Source: Chloroflexota bacterium
GTDB taxonomy: Bacteria > Chloroflexota > Dehalococcoidia > Dehalococcoidales > UBA2162
DNA length: 64,000 nucleotides
Direction: 5' to 3'
Assembly (NCBI GenBank): GCA_043812795.1
Contig: JBDRLU010000069.1
Coordinates: 31,308 to 95,307, forward strand
Part shown: in pieces, positions 37,472-46,431 of the stretch
Position numbering within the stretch: the first letter of the stretch is position 1
Layout: each line of letters begins with the position of its first letter
Notes under the pieces: model-generated
Database searches by the model: none
Told to the model about the DNA's origin: nothing
Seen by the model: the letters and a program-made list of their open reading frames with translations, nothing else
Made by a program: the position numbers and the translations under genes

Positions 37472-38260
37472 ATGCCAGCCGAGGATGTAACCCGGGGACA
37501 CCGCAAAAGATTACGGGAAAAATTTATCCGCTCCGGTCTCGAAGGTTTTCATGACTACGAGATTGTTGAGTTACTGTTGAGTCTCGGTACGCCACGTCGG
37601 GACTGCAAGCAGGCGGCTAAAGAAGCATTACAGAAATTCAAGACTTTGCGGGGGGTACTCGAAGCTCCACCCGAAGCGCTGCAGGAAATAGAAGGTATCG
37701 GGCCGCATAACGTTTTTGGCATTAAGCTGGTGCAGGAAGTTGCCCGGGAATTCCTGCGGGAAAGGATTCTGGAAAAACCCGTTTATAAGTCGGCCCAGGA
37801 GATTTTTGACTACCTTTACCATTCGATGCGCGACCTCGAAAAAGAGGTCTTCAAAGTCCTTTATCTCAACGGCCAGAATCAGATTATCGATACCGATGAC
37901 CTTGCTGCCGGTACGGTAAATAGTGGCGCTATTTCTCCCCGCGAAGTTATCGAAAGTGGCCTTAAGAAGAGCGCCGTCTCGCTGATAGTTGTCCATAACC
38001 ATCCGTCGGGGAACCCGGCACCCAGTCCGAGCGATAAGGAATTGACCCGTGACCTGGTCTACGCCGGGAGTATCATGCAGCTTAAGTTGTTAGACCATAT
38101 TATTGTCGGCGAAGACCGCTATTTTAGTTTCGCCGCCGAAGGATTCATCGAACAATACGAACTGGACTTCCTGAATCTGAAAATGAAGGGTGTCTCCGAG
38201 GCCAAACGGAGACTATACCGGGCTAAGCTATCGGCTGACGGGCTACCCTGGCAGCCCTAG
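37472..38260 (+). CDS. radC: RadC-family JAB-domain protein
   Basis: HRKRLREKF...the HhH region..SLIVVHNHPSGNPAPSPSD (JAMM motif). Confidence 0.85.
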   Translation: MPAEDVTRGHRKRLREKFIRSGLEGFHDYEIVELLLSLGTPRRDCKQAAKEALQKFKTLRGVLEAPPEALQEIEGIGPHNVFGIKLVQEVAREFLRERILEKPVYKSAQEIFDYLYHSMRDLEKEVFKVLYLNGQNQIIDTDDLAAGTVNSGAISPREVIESGLKKSAVSLIVVHNHPSGNPAPSPSDKELTRDLVYAGSIMQLKLLDHIIVGEDRYFSFAAEGFIEQYELDFLNLKMKGVSEAKRRLYRAKLSADGLPWQP

Positions 38261-38765
38261 TCTTAGCCGGTTTGGGGGCTTCCAGCCGGAGCAGATACCT
38301 CTTTAAGGCCAGTCCACCGCCAAACCCCCCCAGTGTACCGTTGCTGGCGATTACCCGGTGGCAGGGCACGATGATATGTAGTGGATTTCTACCCAGAGCT
38401 TGCCCTACGGCGCGGGCGGCCCGCGGTTTTTTCATCTGCCTGGCTATCCACAGATAACTTCTGGTCATACCGTGAGGGATGAGTTGAGTTGTTTTCCAGA
38501 CTTTACTCTCGAAGGGAGTAGCTCCTGATAGGTCGAGCTTATCGGTAAAGGCTACCTTCTGGCCGCTAAAGTAAGCTTGCAGTCGTTTGTCGAGGTCGCC
38601 GAACTCCTCGGGGTCCCAAACGGCCTGATTGTCGCTGATGCCTAACGACTGTCTTGCGGCCTGGTCGTTAGGTTGGGGTAAGGTGGTACTAACTAACCCG
38701 TTAGCCGAAGCCATTACTCCGACCCAACCCAGGGTAGTCTGAAAAGTGGCGTATTTTAATTCCAT
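38223..38765 (-). CDS. ogt: Methylated-DNA--protein-cysteine methyltransferase
   Basis: The active site is IVPCHRVI, with GGFGGGL downstream. Confidence 0.85.
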   Translation of the reverse strand: MELKYATFQTTLGWVGVMASANGLVSTTLPQPNDQAARQSLGISDNQAVWDPEEFGDLDKRLQAYFSGQKVAFTDKLDLSGATPFESKVWKTTQLIPHGMTRSYLWIARQMKKPRAARAVGQALGRNPLHIIVPCHRVIASNGTLGGFGGGLALKRYLLRLEAPKPAKTRAARVARQPIA

Positions 38766-38985
38766 GCTGTGCTCACTGTCTGGCTCATACCCCTCTCCCC
38801 TTCATCCACCTGAGGAAATGCCGAGGTTGATGCGGCGTTGGCATCATTGCTCCCTTTTTCCTCTGCGGGGAATTATACCCTGTAAGGATGGACAATTCAA
38901 GGTAGGCACAAGACAAATTTCAGTAGCCATGAAGGCTTGCTTGGCTCCGTGTTATAATAGACATAAACTATGGCAGGGAGGAAGT

Positions 38986-39627
38986 ATGGTTGTCGTCGTT
39001 AAGGATAATAAGCTGCAAATCGAACGGCTGGAACTGGGCCCCTACGGGACTAATGCCTATATCGTGACGTGTCAGCAGACGAAGGATAGTGTCCTAATCG
39101 ATACTCCGGCTGAGGCGCCGACCATTCTGGAGAAGCTGCAGGGTACTTACCCGAAGTATATCCTGCTCACTCACAACCACATGGACCACCTCGGTGCCTT
39201 TGCCGAGTTACGCTCGGCGCTGAAGGTGCCCGTAGCGGTCCATGCCGCCGATACCGGGAATCTGCCTTCGCCACCCGATGTAGTTCTTAAAGATGGCGAT
39301 ACGGTTGCTTTTGGCAGCATCAAGCTGGACGTTATCCATGCTCCCGGCCATACTCCGGGCAGCCTGTGTTTTCGAGCCGGAAAGTACCTGCTATCGGGGG
39401 ATACCATTTTCCCCGGTGGCCCGGGTAAAACAAAAGGGCCGGCGGAGTTCAGCCAGATAATCAAGTCACTGACGGAGAAAATTTTTGTCTTACCAGATGA
39501 TACGCAGCTATATCCCGGCCACGGCGCAGATACGGTACTTAAAAAAGAGAAGGAAGAGTTTGCTCTCTTTTCTTCCCGCCCGCACGACCCCGGGCTGTGC
39601 GGTGATGTGCTCTGGCTTTCTGCCTAG
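38986..39627 (+). CDS. MBL-fold metallo-hydrolase (glyoxalase II-like)
   Basis: LTHNHMDHLG (HxHxDH)..HAPGHTPGS..PGHG. ATG 38986 follows GGGAGGAAG. The upstream extension in the ORF track has no family signal. Confidence 0.8.
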   Translation: MVVVVKDNKLQIERLELGPYGTNAYIVTCQQTKDSVLIDTPAEAPTILEKLQGTYPKYILLTHNHMDHLGAFAELRSALKVPVAVHAADTGNLPSPPDVVLKDGDTVAFGSIKLDVIHAPGHTPGSLCFRAGKYLLSGDTIFPGGPGKTKGPAEFSQIIKSLTEKIFVLPDDTQLYPGHGADTVLKKEKEEFALFSSRPHDPGLCGDVLWLSA

Positions 39628-39637
39628 GCAGGCCGGA

Positions 39638-40327
39638 TTACCCAGGCGCCTCAATACAATGGAAAACCTCGGCTAATTCGAATTTCTCTCCCTCAGCCAT
39701 CATCCGGGCGCGCTGTCTCATCCGCTCCCTGAGTCCATCAAGATTATCCCCCACCTGGCTCCGGTGGCAGTGTAAAGCCGCAATCTTGAGGTCAAAAGTT
39801 TTGGTGATATCGGAGCGGTAATTGGGTTCGTCCGAACCCCACAAGAGGACTTCTTTTACCTTGTGCGGCAGAAGACCCTGTTCCGTCAGGTCGGGATAGG
39901 CGAGCAAATCCCTTGCACCGGGGAAAATAGCGTCCAGGGTAACCTGCCCGACGATACGGTGGTCGCGATGCGAAAGATAGCGACGATATGGGTCCGAGGT
40001 CAAGATTACCTCCGGACGGTACATTCTGATTAAGCGGACAATTTCCTTCCTGAAGTCGGACGTTTCTTCCAGCCCCTGGTCGGGGTAGCGCATGAAGATA
40101 ACTTCTTTCACTCCGAGCATTTTGGCGGCGGCGAACTCCTCCTGCTCCCTGATTTTAGCCAGGTCTTCCGGTTTTATATTTTCTTTGGCGCCTTTATCAC
40201 CATTGGTGCAAATCACAAAGACTACGTCCTTACCTTCGCCTGTCCAGCGGGCCACTGTTCCCGCGGCACCGAATTCGGGGTCATCCGGATGTGCCGCTAT
40301 CACCATCGCGTAAACCTTTTTTGTCAT
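39638..40327 (-). CDS. PIG-L/LmbE family deacetylase
   Basis: VIAAHPDDPEFG...the HRDH motif. Confidence 0.8.
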   Translation of the reverse strand: MTKKVYAMVIAAHPDDPEFGAAGTVARWTGEGKDVVFVICTNGDKGAKENIKPEDLAKIREQEEFAAAKMLGVKEVIFMRYPDQGLEETSDFRKEIVRLIRMYRPEVILTSDPYRRYLSHRDHRIVGQVTLDAIFPGARDLLAYPDLTEQGLLPHKVKEVLLWGSDEPNYRSDITKTFDLKIAALHCHRSQVGDNLDGLRERMRQRARMMAEGEKFELAEVFHCIEAPG

Positions 40328-40453
40328 GTAGTAAGCCTCCTGATTTTAGATGACAAGTGATTAGGGTCTTAAACTATAGATTGTATAACATCTTTCAGTC
40401 TGGCACAATCCAGGATTAACCAGCCATTTACTGGATGTATTATAATTGTATAA

Positions 40454-41203
40454 GTGACGAGTAATGTAACGAGCCTTCGGCGCCAGCTTAAGGAAGAAGC
40501 ACTGGCGATGGGGGCAGCTTATTTCGGGGTAGCTAATCTGGCGTTTGCCCATCAGGGGAAAATAACTTACTTCGAGCAGACCCTTGTTGCCGAATATTCG
40601 CAGGCTGTCTCAATCGGCGTCCCATTGGACACAGCCATCGTTGACGGTATTAGCGATACATCCGGCCGTATCGCCCACCGCGATTACTGGCACCACGTTT
40701 ATCAGGTGATAAGCCCTTTTATCGACCGGATAACGGCCCGTCTCTGTCCCATCCTCAAAGACAAAGGGTATTCGGCCATGCCCATTGCTGCTACCAAAAC
40801 TCTGGACTATGAGAATCACTACGGCCTCTTCTCGCACAAGATGGCAGCCAATCTGGCCGGGCTTGGCTGGATTGGCAAGAGCTGTATGCTCATCACTCCC
40901 GACCGGGGGCCGAGGGTGAGGTGGGGCACTATCCTCACCAACGTTCCTCTTGAACCGGGTAATATGATAAAAGCCAGGTGTGGCAGGTGTACTCGGTGTG
41001 TCGAAGCCTGCCCGGCCGGAGCTTTCCGCGGCAAAGACTTTGACCCATCGCAGCCGAGAGAAATGAGAATGATGGCAGAAAAATGCAGCGACTTTCTGGT
41101 GGAGAATATCAGGATGGTGGGTTTTGCTGTCTGCGGCCGGTGCGTTTATATCTGTCCCTGGGGACAAAAGGCCAGCAAACAGCGTATATTAAATAACCGC
41201 TAA
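40454..41203 (+). CDS. QueG-related 4Fe-4S protein (short epoxyqueuosine-reductase-like)
   Basis: SHKMAANLAGLGWIGKSCMLITP..CGRCTRCVEACPAGAF..CGRCVYICPWG. At 249 aa it is shorter than typical QueG. Confidence 0.55.
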   Translation: MTSNVTSLRRQLKEEALAMGAAYFGVANLAFAHQGKITYFEQTLVAEYSQAVSIGVPLDTAIVDGISDTSGRIAHRDYWHHVYQVISPFIDRITARLCPILKDKGYSAMPIAATKTLDYENHYGLFSHKMAANLAGLGWIGKSCMLITPDRGPRVRWGTILTNVPLEPGNMIKARCGRCTRCVEACPAGAFRGKDFDPSQPREMRMMAEKCSDFLVENIRMVGFAVCGRCVYICPWGQKASKQRILNNR

Positions 41204-41213
41204 GCACGTTTTT

Positions 41214-41243
41214 TTGACACATCAGCCACTCACCGCATATAAT
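41214..41243 (+). promoter_or_regulatory. Near-consensus sigma-70 promoter for tRNA-Gln
   Basis: TTGACA, then an 18-nt spacer, then TATAAT. The -10 element ends 10 nt before the tRNA 5' end. Confidence 0.6.
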
Positions 41244-41253
41244 TCTTATGCGT

Positions 41254-41327
41254 TGGGGATTAGTCTAGCGGTAGGACACCTGACTCTGGATCAGGCAGGC
41301 CAGGTTCGAATCCTGGATCCCCAGCCA
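41254..41327 (+). tRNA. tRNA-Gln (anticodon CUG), CCA encoded
   Basis: Manual cloverleaf: acceptor UGGGGAU/AUCCCCA, anticodon stem CCUGA/UCAGG with loop CUCUGGA, T-arm CCAGG-UUCGAAU-CCUGG, then G-CCA. Confidence 0.92.
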
Positions 41328-41330
41328 AGC

Positions 41331-41354
41331 GAGGTAATATCATTACCTCATTTT
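41331..41354 (+). terminator. Terminator hairpin after tRNA-Gln
   Basis: GAGGTAAT-atc-ATTACCTC followed by ATTTT. Confidence 0.55.
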
Positions 41355-41538
41355 AGCCTTAAGGTATCCAATCTATTCTTTTAGTCTGATTTCAAATTGG
41401 GTAATAATGTTACCCTGAAAGTCACGATTCAGAATCTAGCTATTTACGCCGATTGCCTTTAAAATTTAATAGATTTCATCTTCAGGTTGATTGCAAAGTC
41501 ATTTGCCTTTATGATTATAACGAACATAGAGGCCGATA

Positions 41539-41955
41539 ATGATAAGGATTGAAAACTTCCTAACCTCCAAAATTTTTCGAACAACTTTAATCCTTGGTGT
41601 ATTCTTGATTGTATTCGAGCTACTTACTGCTATGATTAGCCATGGCTTTCCACGAGACATGATTTACTGGGTAGCAAATGCCTTTCAGGTTACTATAGCA
41701 TTCTTCACCTACAAAACTTTCAAACGTGCAATCATTCAAATGGAGCATATTGAGAAGGTTTGGAGTTGGAGCGCATGGAATCGTTGGCTTACACTGTCTC
41801 TTCTTTTAGAAATAGTCGGAATAGGTGGCCCTTGGGTAATGTACTATTCCGGTATTGAGGTTTTAAGGCGTGCTTCAGCAAGTTGGTCTTTTTTCTTGAT
41901 AGCATATTTTGCCTTTTTTATTTACCTGAGTTTTCGCTACCAAAGAGTACGGTAG
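41539..41955 (+). CDS. Hypothetical membrane protein in the low-GC islet
   Basis: Four hydrophobic segments. The local GC is about 33-38% by hand count of two 60-nt lines, against roughly 45-58% in lines counted elsewhere. I recognise no family. Confidence 0.4.
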   Translation: MIRIENFLTSKIFRTTLILGVFLIVFELLTAMISHGFPRDMIYWVANAFQVTIAFFTYKTFKRAIIQMEHIEKVWSWSAWNRWLTLSLLLEIVGIGGPWVMYYSGIEVLRRASASWSFFLIAYFAFFIYLSFRYQRVR

Positions 41956-42466
41956 GAACAATCTGTCGTCGTACACTAATTGTACGCACAGTCCGAGTAT
42001 GATAGACTTATGCTGCTGGTCGCGGATAGGAAACGACTAATTCCTGTATCATAGGAATAAGCTGCTTTTTCTCGAATGAAAGTTCGGGGACTGTCCAGAA
42101 TGGCCAGCCAAGCTAATGTACTTTATCACTTCTTTCCCCTTCGGCTTCACCTCTACATCAAATGTGCCGGCAATCTCATTTACTTCCATCTGGATACCGA
42201 CGTAAGTCGGTATAGAAGCTTCCCATTTTAACCTGGTGTTCATGTTTTGTTAATGGCCAGTTCATGTTAGAATGCTAGGCTAGGTGAATGAGCGCTAGGA
42301 CGTTCCAGGTTAACAGGCTCGACGACTTATCTGAAATGTAATAATTCTGGATGATTTTGGTGCTTAATTTTATAATTATTTTATAGGCCGTACCATAGCA
42401 TCGGCCTTGGATAGTTTTTATGATGAAGAATGGTTGCATTTATCCGAAGGAGGCTGTAAAGGTCCT

Positions 42467-44074
42467 ATGAAAAAATATGGCCTGGCGATAACAATACTGA
42501 TGATTATCCTGCTCGTAACCTTACCCCTGATTAGCTGTAAGAAATCGACTTCAACGGCGGCCAGTACCCAGACCACAACGGTCAAACGGGGAGACATAAC
42601 TATAGATGTTACCGGTACCGGCAACTTAGCCTTATCCCATACCGAGGACCTTGCTTTTGAAATGGCCGGGACGGTGACCGACGTCCTCGTTCAGGCAGGA
42701 GATTCGGTTGAGACCGGGCAGGAGCTGGCCAAGCTGGATACATCGGACTGGGATACACAGCTAAAAACTCTGGAAAGACAGTTGATAACGGCCCAGCGTA
42801 GCTTGAATTCCAAAACGAATGCCGTGGCCGCGGCCCAGCGGAATATTACAACTAAAGAACTGGCTTTACGCTCGGCTCAGTTCAACCTGCAAAGCGCCCA
42901 GGACGATATCAATCAGATACCGATAGTGAAGGCGGCCAACGATGCCGTCGAGAATGCTAAATTTCAGTTACAGTACATTCAGATGGTGAATGCCGGGACG
43001 TGGGGAGCGGCACCACCCCCGGGCGGTCCCAGTTTCTTCGATGAGACTGCAGCCCAACTACAACTAACCCAGGCTGAGCAGAACCTGAAAGATATTTTGA
43101 ACGGCATGGGCCAACAGGTAAGCAGTGACGTGGCTTTGCAAATCGCCCAGATGCAGCTTCAGGCCGACCAGAGCCAGGCGTCCTTGGTTACGGCTCAGGT
43201 GGCGCTTGACGATGCCAGAGCCGCCGTGGCCGATGTGGAACTGGACCAGGAACTAGCCCAGCAGGACTTGGCCGATGCCCAGGAAGCACTAGACGAAGCC
43301 AAAGCCGCCAGCCCGGTCGTTAAAGCGACCTTCGGTGGTTTTGTGACCAAGGTTAATGTGAAGGGCGGCGATGAGATAAAAAAGGGGACGGTCGCCGTGC
43401 AAATCGCCGACCCGACCAAATTCGAAGCTAATATTCTGGTCAGCGAACGGGATATTTTCTCCGTCCAGACCGGTGGTAGTGCGACAGTACAGGCGGATGC
43501 ACTCTCCGGCCTTATTTTCCCGGCTACAGTCAGTTCGGTGGCACCGACGGCTACCATCCAGTCCGGTGTGGTCAACTATGCCGTGACGGTTGAGGTACAG
43601 CCGCTCTCTTTTGGCTCGGGTAATCAAACGGGGCAAAGTTCAGCTAACCTGACCAGGCCTGGCTCAGGTGATCAACCCGGACAGAGTTCGACGAATCAAA
43701 CCGGACTAAGTCAGGGATTCCAGTCGTTGTTCGGTGGGCAAGCTACGCCGACCACCACGCCGGCGGTCCAGCTCAGGCAAGGCTTATCCGTTACCGTTAA
43801 TATACTCGTATTGCAGAAAACCGATATACTCCTGGTGCCTAATCGGGCGATAACACGGCAGGGCCGTAACACTGTGGTGCAGGTGCTGAGGAACGGGGTC
43901 CAGGAGACACAGATAATAGAGACCGGTGTCAGCGACCTTTCCAATACCGAAGTAACCAGCGGTCTAAGTGAAGGTGAAGAGATAGTACTGCCGCAGGTGA
44001 CCACAACCACCAGTACCACGCAACAGCAAGGCGGCGGAACATTCAGACTACCGGTGGGGGGATTCGGCAGATGA
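42467..44074 (+). CDS. Efflux transporter periplasmic adaptor (HlyD/MacA-like membrane fusion protein)
   Basis: N-terminal TM/lipobox (LISC), a long coiled-coil Q/A-rich hairpin, and barrel-sandwich motifs. It is coupled to the downstream MacB-type ABC genes by a 4-nt overlap. Confidence 0.8.
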   Translation: MKKYGLAITILMIILLVTLPLISCKKSTSTAASTQTTTVKRGDITIDVTGTGNLALSHTEDLAFEMAGTVTDVLVQAGDSVETGQELAKLDTSDWDTQLKTLERQLITAQRSLNSKTNAVAAAQRNITTKELALRSAQFNLQSAQDDINQIPIVKAANDAVENAKFQLQYIQMVNAGTWGAAPPPGGPSFFDETAAQLQLTQAEQNLKDILNGMGQQVSSDVALQIAQMQLQADQSQASLVTAQVALDDARAAVADVELDQELAQQDLADAQEALDEAKAASPVVKATFGGFVTKVNVKGGDEIKKGTVAVQIADPTKFEANILVSERDIFSVQTGGSATVQADALSGLIFPATVSSVAPTATIQSGVVNYAVTVEVQPLSFGSGNQTGQSSANLTRPGSGDQPGQSSTNQTGLSQGFQSLFGGQATPTTTPAVQLRQGLSVTVNILVLQKTDILLVPNRAITRQGRNTVVQVLRNGVQETQIIETGVSDLSNTEVTSGLSEGEEIVLPQVTTTTSTTQQQGGGTFRLPVGGFGR

Positions 44075-44739
44075 TTCGTCTGCAGGATATCACCAAAGTC
44101 TATCCCATGGGTAAGCGAGAACTTACTGTTCTGAAGGGAGTAACCCTGGATATCGAAAAAGGCGAACTGGTGGCGCTGATGGGTCCTTCGGGCTCGGGAA
44201 AGACGACGCTGCTTAATCTTATCGGCTGCCTGGATAGGCCAACATCGGGGAGCTACTTTTTTGAGGATAAAGAAGTCAGCCGTCTCGGCGGTAGCGAACT
44301 CGCCCGCATCAGGGGACAGAGAATCGGCTTTGTCTTCCAGACTTTTAATCTATTGTCACGGCTCACGGCACTATCTAACGTGGAACTGGGCATGACTTAC
44401 GCCGGCGGCGTTGACCGGCAACGTGCTATCGAGGCGTTGAATAAAGTCGGCCTCGGTGACCGGGTCAATCACCGTCCCATCGAGCTTTCCGGCGGCGAAC
44501 AGCAACGCGTGGCAATTGCCCGCGCTCTGGTCAAGAATCCCTCCGTCATTCTGGCCGATGAACCTCCCGGTCAGCTGGACAGTCGTTCCGGTCAGGAAAT
44601 AATTTCCCTGCTGGCTTCTCTACATGCCGAGCGGGGAATAACTTTACTGATGGTAACTCATGATTCGAGTATTGCCGAACACTGCCAGCGTATCATTCGT
44701 ATCAGTGATGGCCAGCTTGTGGGCGAGGAAACAATATGA
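44071..44739 (+). CDS. ABC transporter ATP-binding protein (MacB/LolD type)
   Basis: [30 protein letters not shown]. Confidence 0.9.
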   Translation: MIRLQDITKVYPMGKRELTVLKGVTLDIEKGELVALMGPSGSGKTTLLNLIGCLDRPTSGSYFFEDKEVSRLGGSELARIRGQRIGFVFQTFNLLSRLTALSNVELGMTYAGGVDRQRAIEALNKVGLGDRVNHRPIELSGGEQQRVAIARALVKNPSVILADEPPGQLDSRSGQEIISLLASLHAERGITLLMVTHDSSIAEHCQRIIRISDGQLVGEETI

Positions 44740-45971
44740 AAAAGTTCTTACAGCCACTATCTACAGCTTGGATGAGTGTGACGACGCATAAACTACGCAG
44801 CTTTTTAACTGTCTTAGGCGTGGTCATCGGCGTGGCGGCGGTCATTACTTTAATGTCTATCGGCCGGGGCACGCAAGAAACCATCCTTTCCCGGCTAAGT
44901 GGCCTGGGGTCGAACTTGATTTTCGTTCAACCGGGGGCGACAACACAGGGAGGGGTGAGGGGGGCTTCCGGCTCGGCTTCCACCCTTACTCTTGAAGATG
45001 CTCTGGCCATTGCCGATGAAGTCCCCTATGTGGTTGCGGCCGCCCCGTCCAGTACGTCCGGACTTCAGGTAATTGCCGGAGGCCAGAATATGTTCGTCCG
45101 GGTTACCGGCGTAACCCCTGATTATCAGCAGGTATATAATTTACAGGTTGCCGATGGCGACTTTATTTCGCAGTACATCTACGACCGGTCGATGAAAGTG
45201 GCCGTACTGGGCTCCAACGTCGCCGAGACCCTTTTCGGCACCGATGAGCCGGTGGGACAGACTATCAGGGCCGGTAATAACATTCTACAGGTTATCGGGG
45301 TCTTGCAAAGCCAGGGGGCCTCGATGCTTGGCTCGGCCGATGATACGATTCTTATACCATTATCGGCACTACAGATTATCGCGGCCAGACAGACCACAAC
45401 CAGCGGCGGACATGTAGTGAGTACAATCGCTGTTGCCGCCGATAGCCAGGACCATGTCAAAGATGTGATGGATGGCATCACCTTTTTGCTGCAGAATCGG
45501 CACCAGATTGCCCTGGGGGCCGATAATGACTTCTCGGTCACATCGTTGGAAGACCTGGCTGATACTATCTCTTCGGCTATGAGCAGCGTGACCATGCTGC
45601 TGGCAGCTATCGCCGGTATTTCCCTGCTGGTCGGAGGCATCGGCGTGATGAACATCATGCTGGTATCGGTCCTGGAAAGGACGAGAGAGATTGGTATCCG
45701 TAAAGCGCTGGGCGCCCGTGACCGGGATATCTGGGTCCAGTTCCTTATCGAGGCCGCCTTCCTCACGTTTACAGGGGGTGTCATCGGCGTTACTATCGGC
45801 TGGGGGGCTGCCTACCTCGTTACCCGTTTCGGGGCAATAACGACGCTGGTCTCGGCCGATATCGTTATTCTGGCGGTCGCTGTCTCGGTAGGTATCGGTT
45901 TGTTCTTCGGCTTTTATCCGGCGTGGAACGCCTCCCGGCTTAATCCGATTGAAGCACTGCGGTCGGAATAG
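44736..45971 (+). CDS. ABC transporter permease (MacB/FtsX type)
   Basis: A MacB periplasmic domain plus the FtsX-like C-terminal four-helix region (GGIGVMNIMLVSVLERTREIGIRKALGA). Confidence 0.9.
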   Translation: MKKFLQPLSTAWMSVTTHKLRSFLTVLGVVIGVAAVITLMSIGRGTQETILSRLSGLGSNLIFVQPGATTQGGVRGASGSASTLTLEDALAIADEVPYVVAAAPSSTSGLQVIAGGQNMFVRVTGVTPDYQQVYNLQVADGDFISQYIYDRSMKVAVLGSNVAETLFGTDEPVGQTIRAGNNILQVIGVLQSQGASMLGSADDTILIPLSALQIIAARQTTTSGGHVVSTIAVAADSQDHVKDVMDGITFLLQNRHQIALGADNDFSVTSLEDLADTISSAMSSVTMLLAAIAGISLLVGGIGVMNIMLVSVLERTREIGIRKALGARDRDIWVQFLIEAAFLTFTGGVIGVTIGWGAAYLVTRFGAITTLVSADIVILAVAVSVGIGLFFGFYPAWNASRLNPIEALRSE

Positions 45972-46027
45972 AAATAATATTGAAGAAGCTGCTTAGTATC
46001 TGATTCGGTTGCCTTCTTCTATTGCAT

Positions 46028-46384
46028 TCATAAATATTTGGGAAAGCCAACACTGATCAATGTCCTAATGGCGCCGATGACCGCAGCTGGTGCCATTAAT
46101 CGGGCAAGATACTGAACAATTTCGTTAACATGAGTACCCAGCCCACTCACCAATTGATTAAGGGGTTCGAAACCAGCGGTGCCAACTACAATGAGGGCTA
46201 TAGCTGCCACTGACAACGGAACAAAATCTCTAGCAGTGATATTAAGAACGCCGACAATGATACCTAAGACTGCGAGTGCTAGAACGATTGTGGCACTACT
46301 CGGGGCAGCCAATCCGGCGACAATAGCGAGTATCAGCCCCACGGTAAAGGCCAAAAAGCCGATTAATTGTATAATCCTTCTCAT
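46028..46384 (-). CDS. Hypothetical membrane protein
   Basis: Three or four hydrophobic helices. I recognise no family. Confidence 0.4.
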   Translation of the reverse strand: MRRIIQLIGFLAFTVGLILAIVAGLAAPSSATIVLALAVLGIIVGVLNITARDFVPLSVAAIALIVVGTAGFEPLNQLVSGLGTHVNEIVQYLARLMAPAAVIGAIRTLISVGFPKYL

Positions 46385-46431
46385 TTACAAATAACCTCCT
46401 CTTTCAGTTCGATGTTAGCGGTTCGCTAACT

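Noticed and set aside
38746-38985. 80-codon N-terminal extension of the MBL-fold hydrolase ORF, which would overlap the ogt start.
   Set aside because: The extension has no family signal. A strong GGGAGGAAG SD precedes ATG 38986, where the conserved MBL fold begins.
42049-42243. 64-aa minus-strand ORF in the low-GC islet.
   Set aside because: There is no convincing Shine-Dalgarno and no recognisable domain, and it could be a chance ORF in AT-rich DNA. It is not listed as a feature.
41328-42406. An intact genomic island or prophage at tRNA-Gln.
   Set aside because: No integrase is adjacent to the tRNA, and I found no direct repeat of the tRNA 3' end by eye. Only a low-GC remnant is reported.
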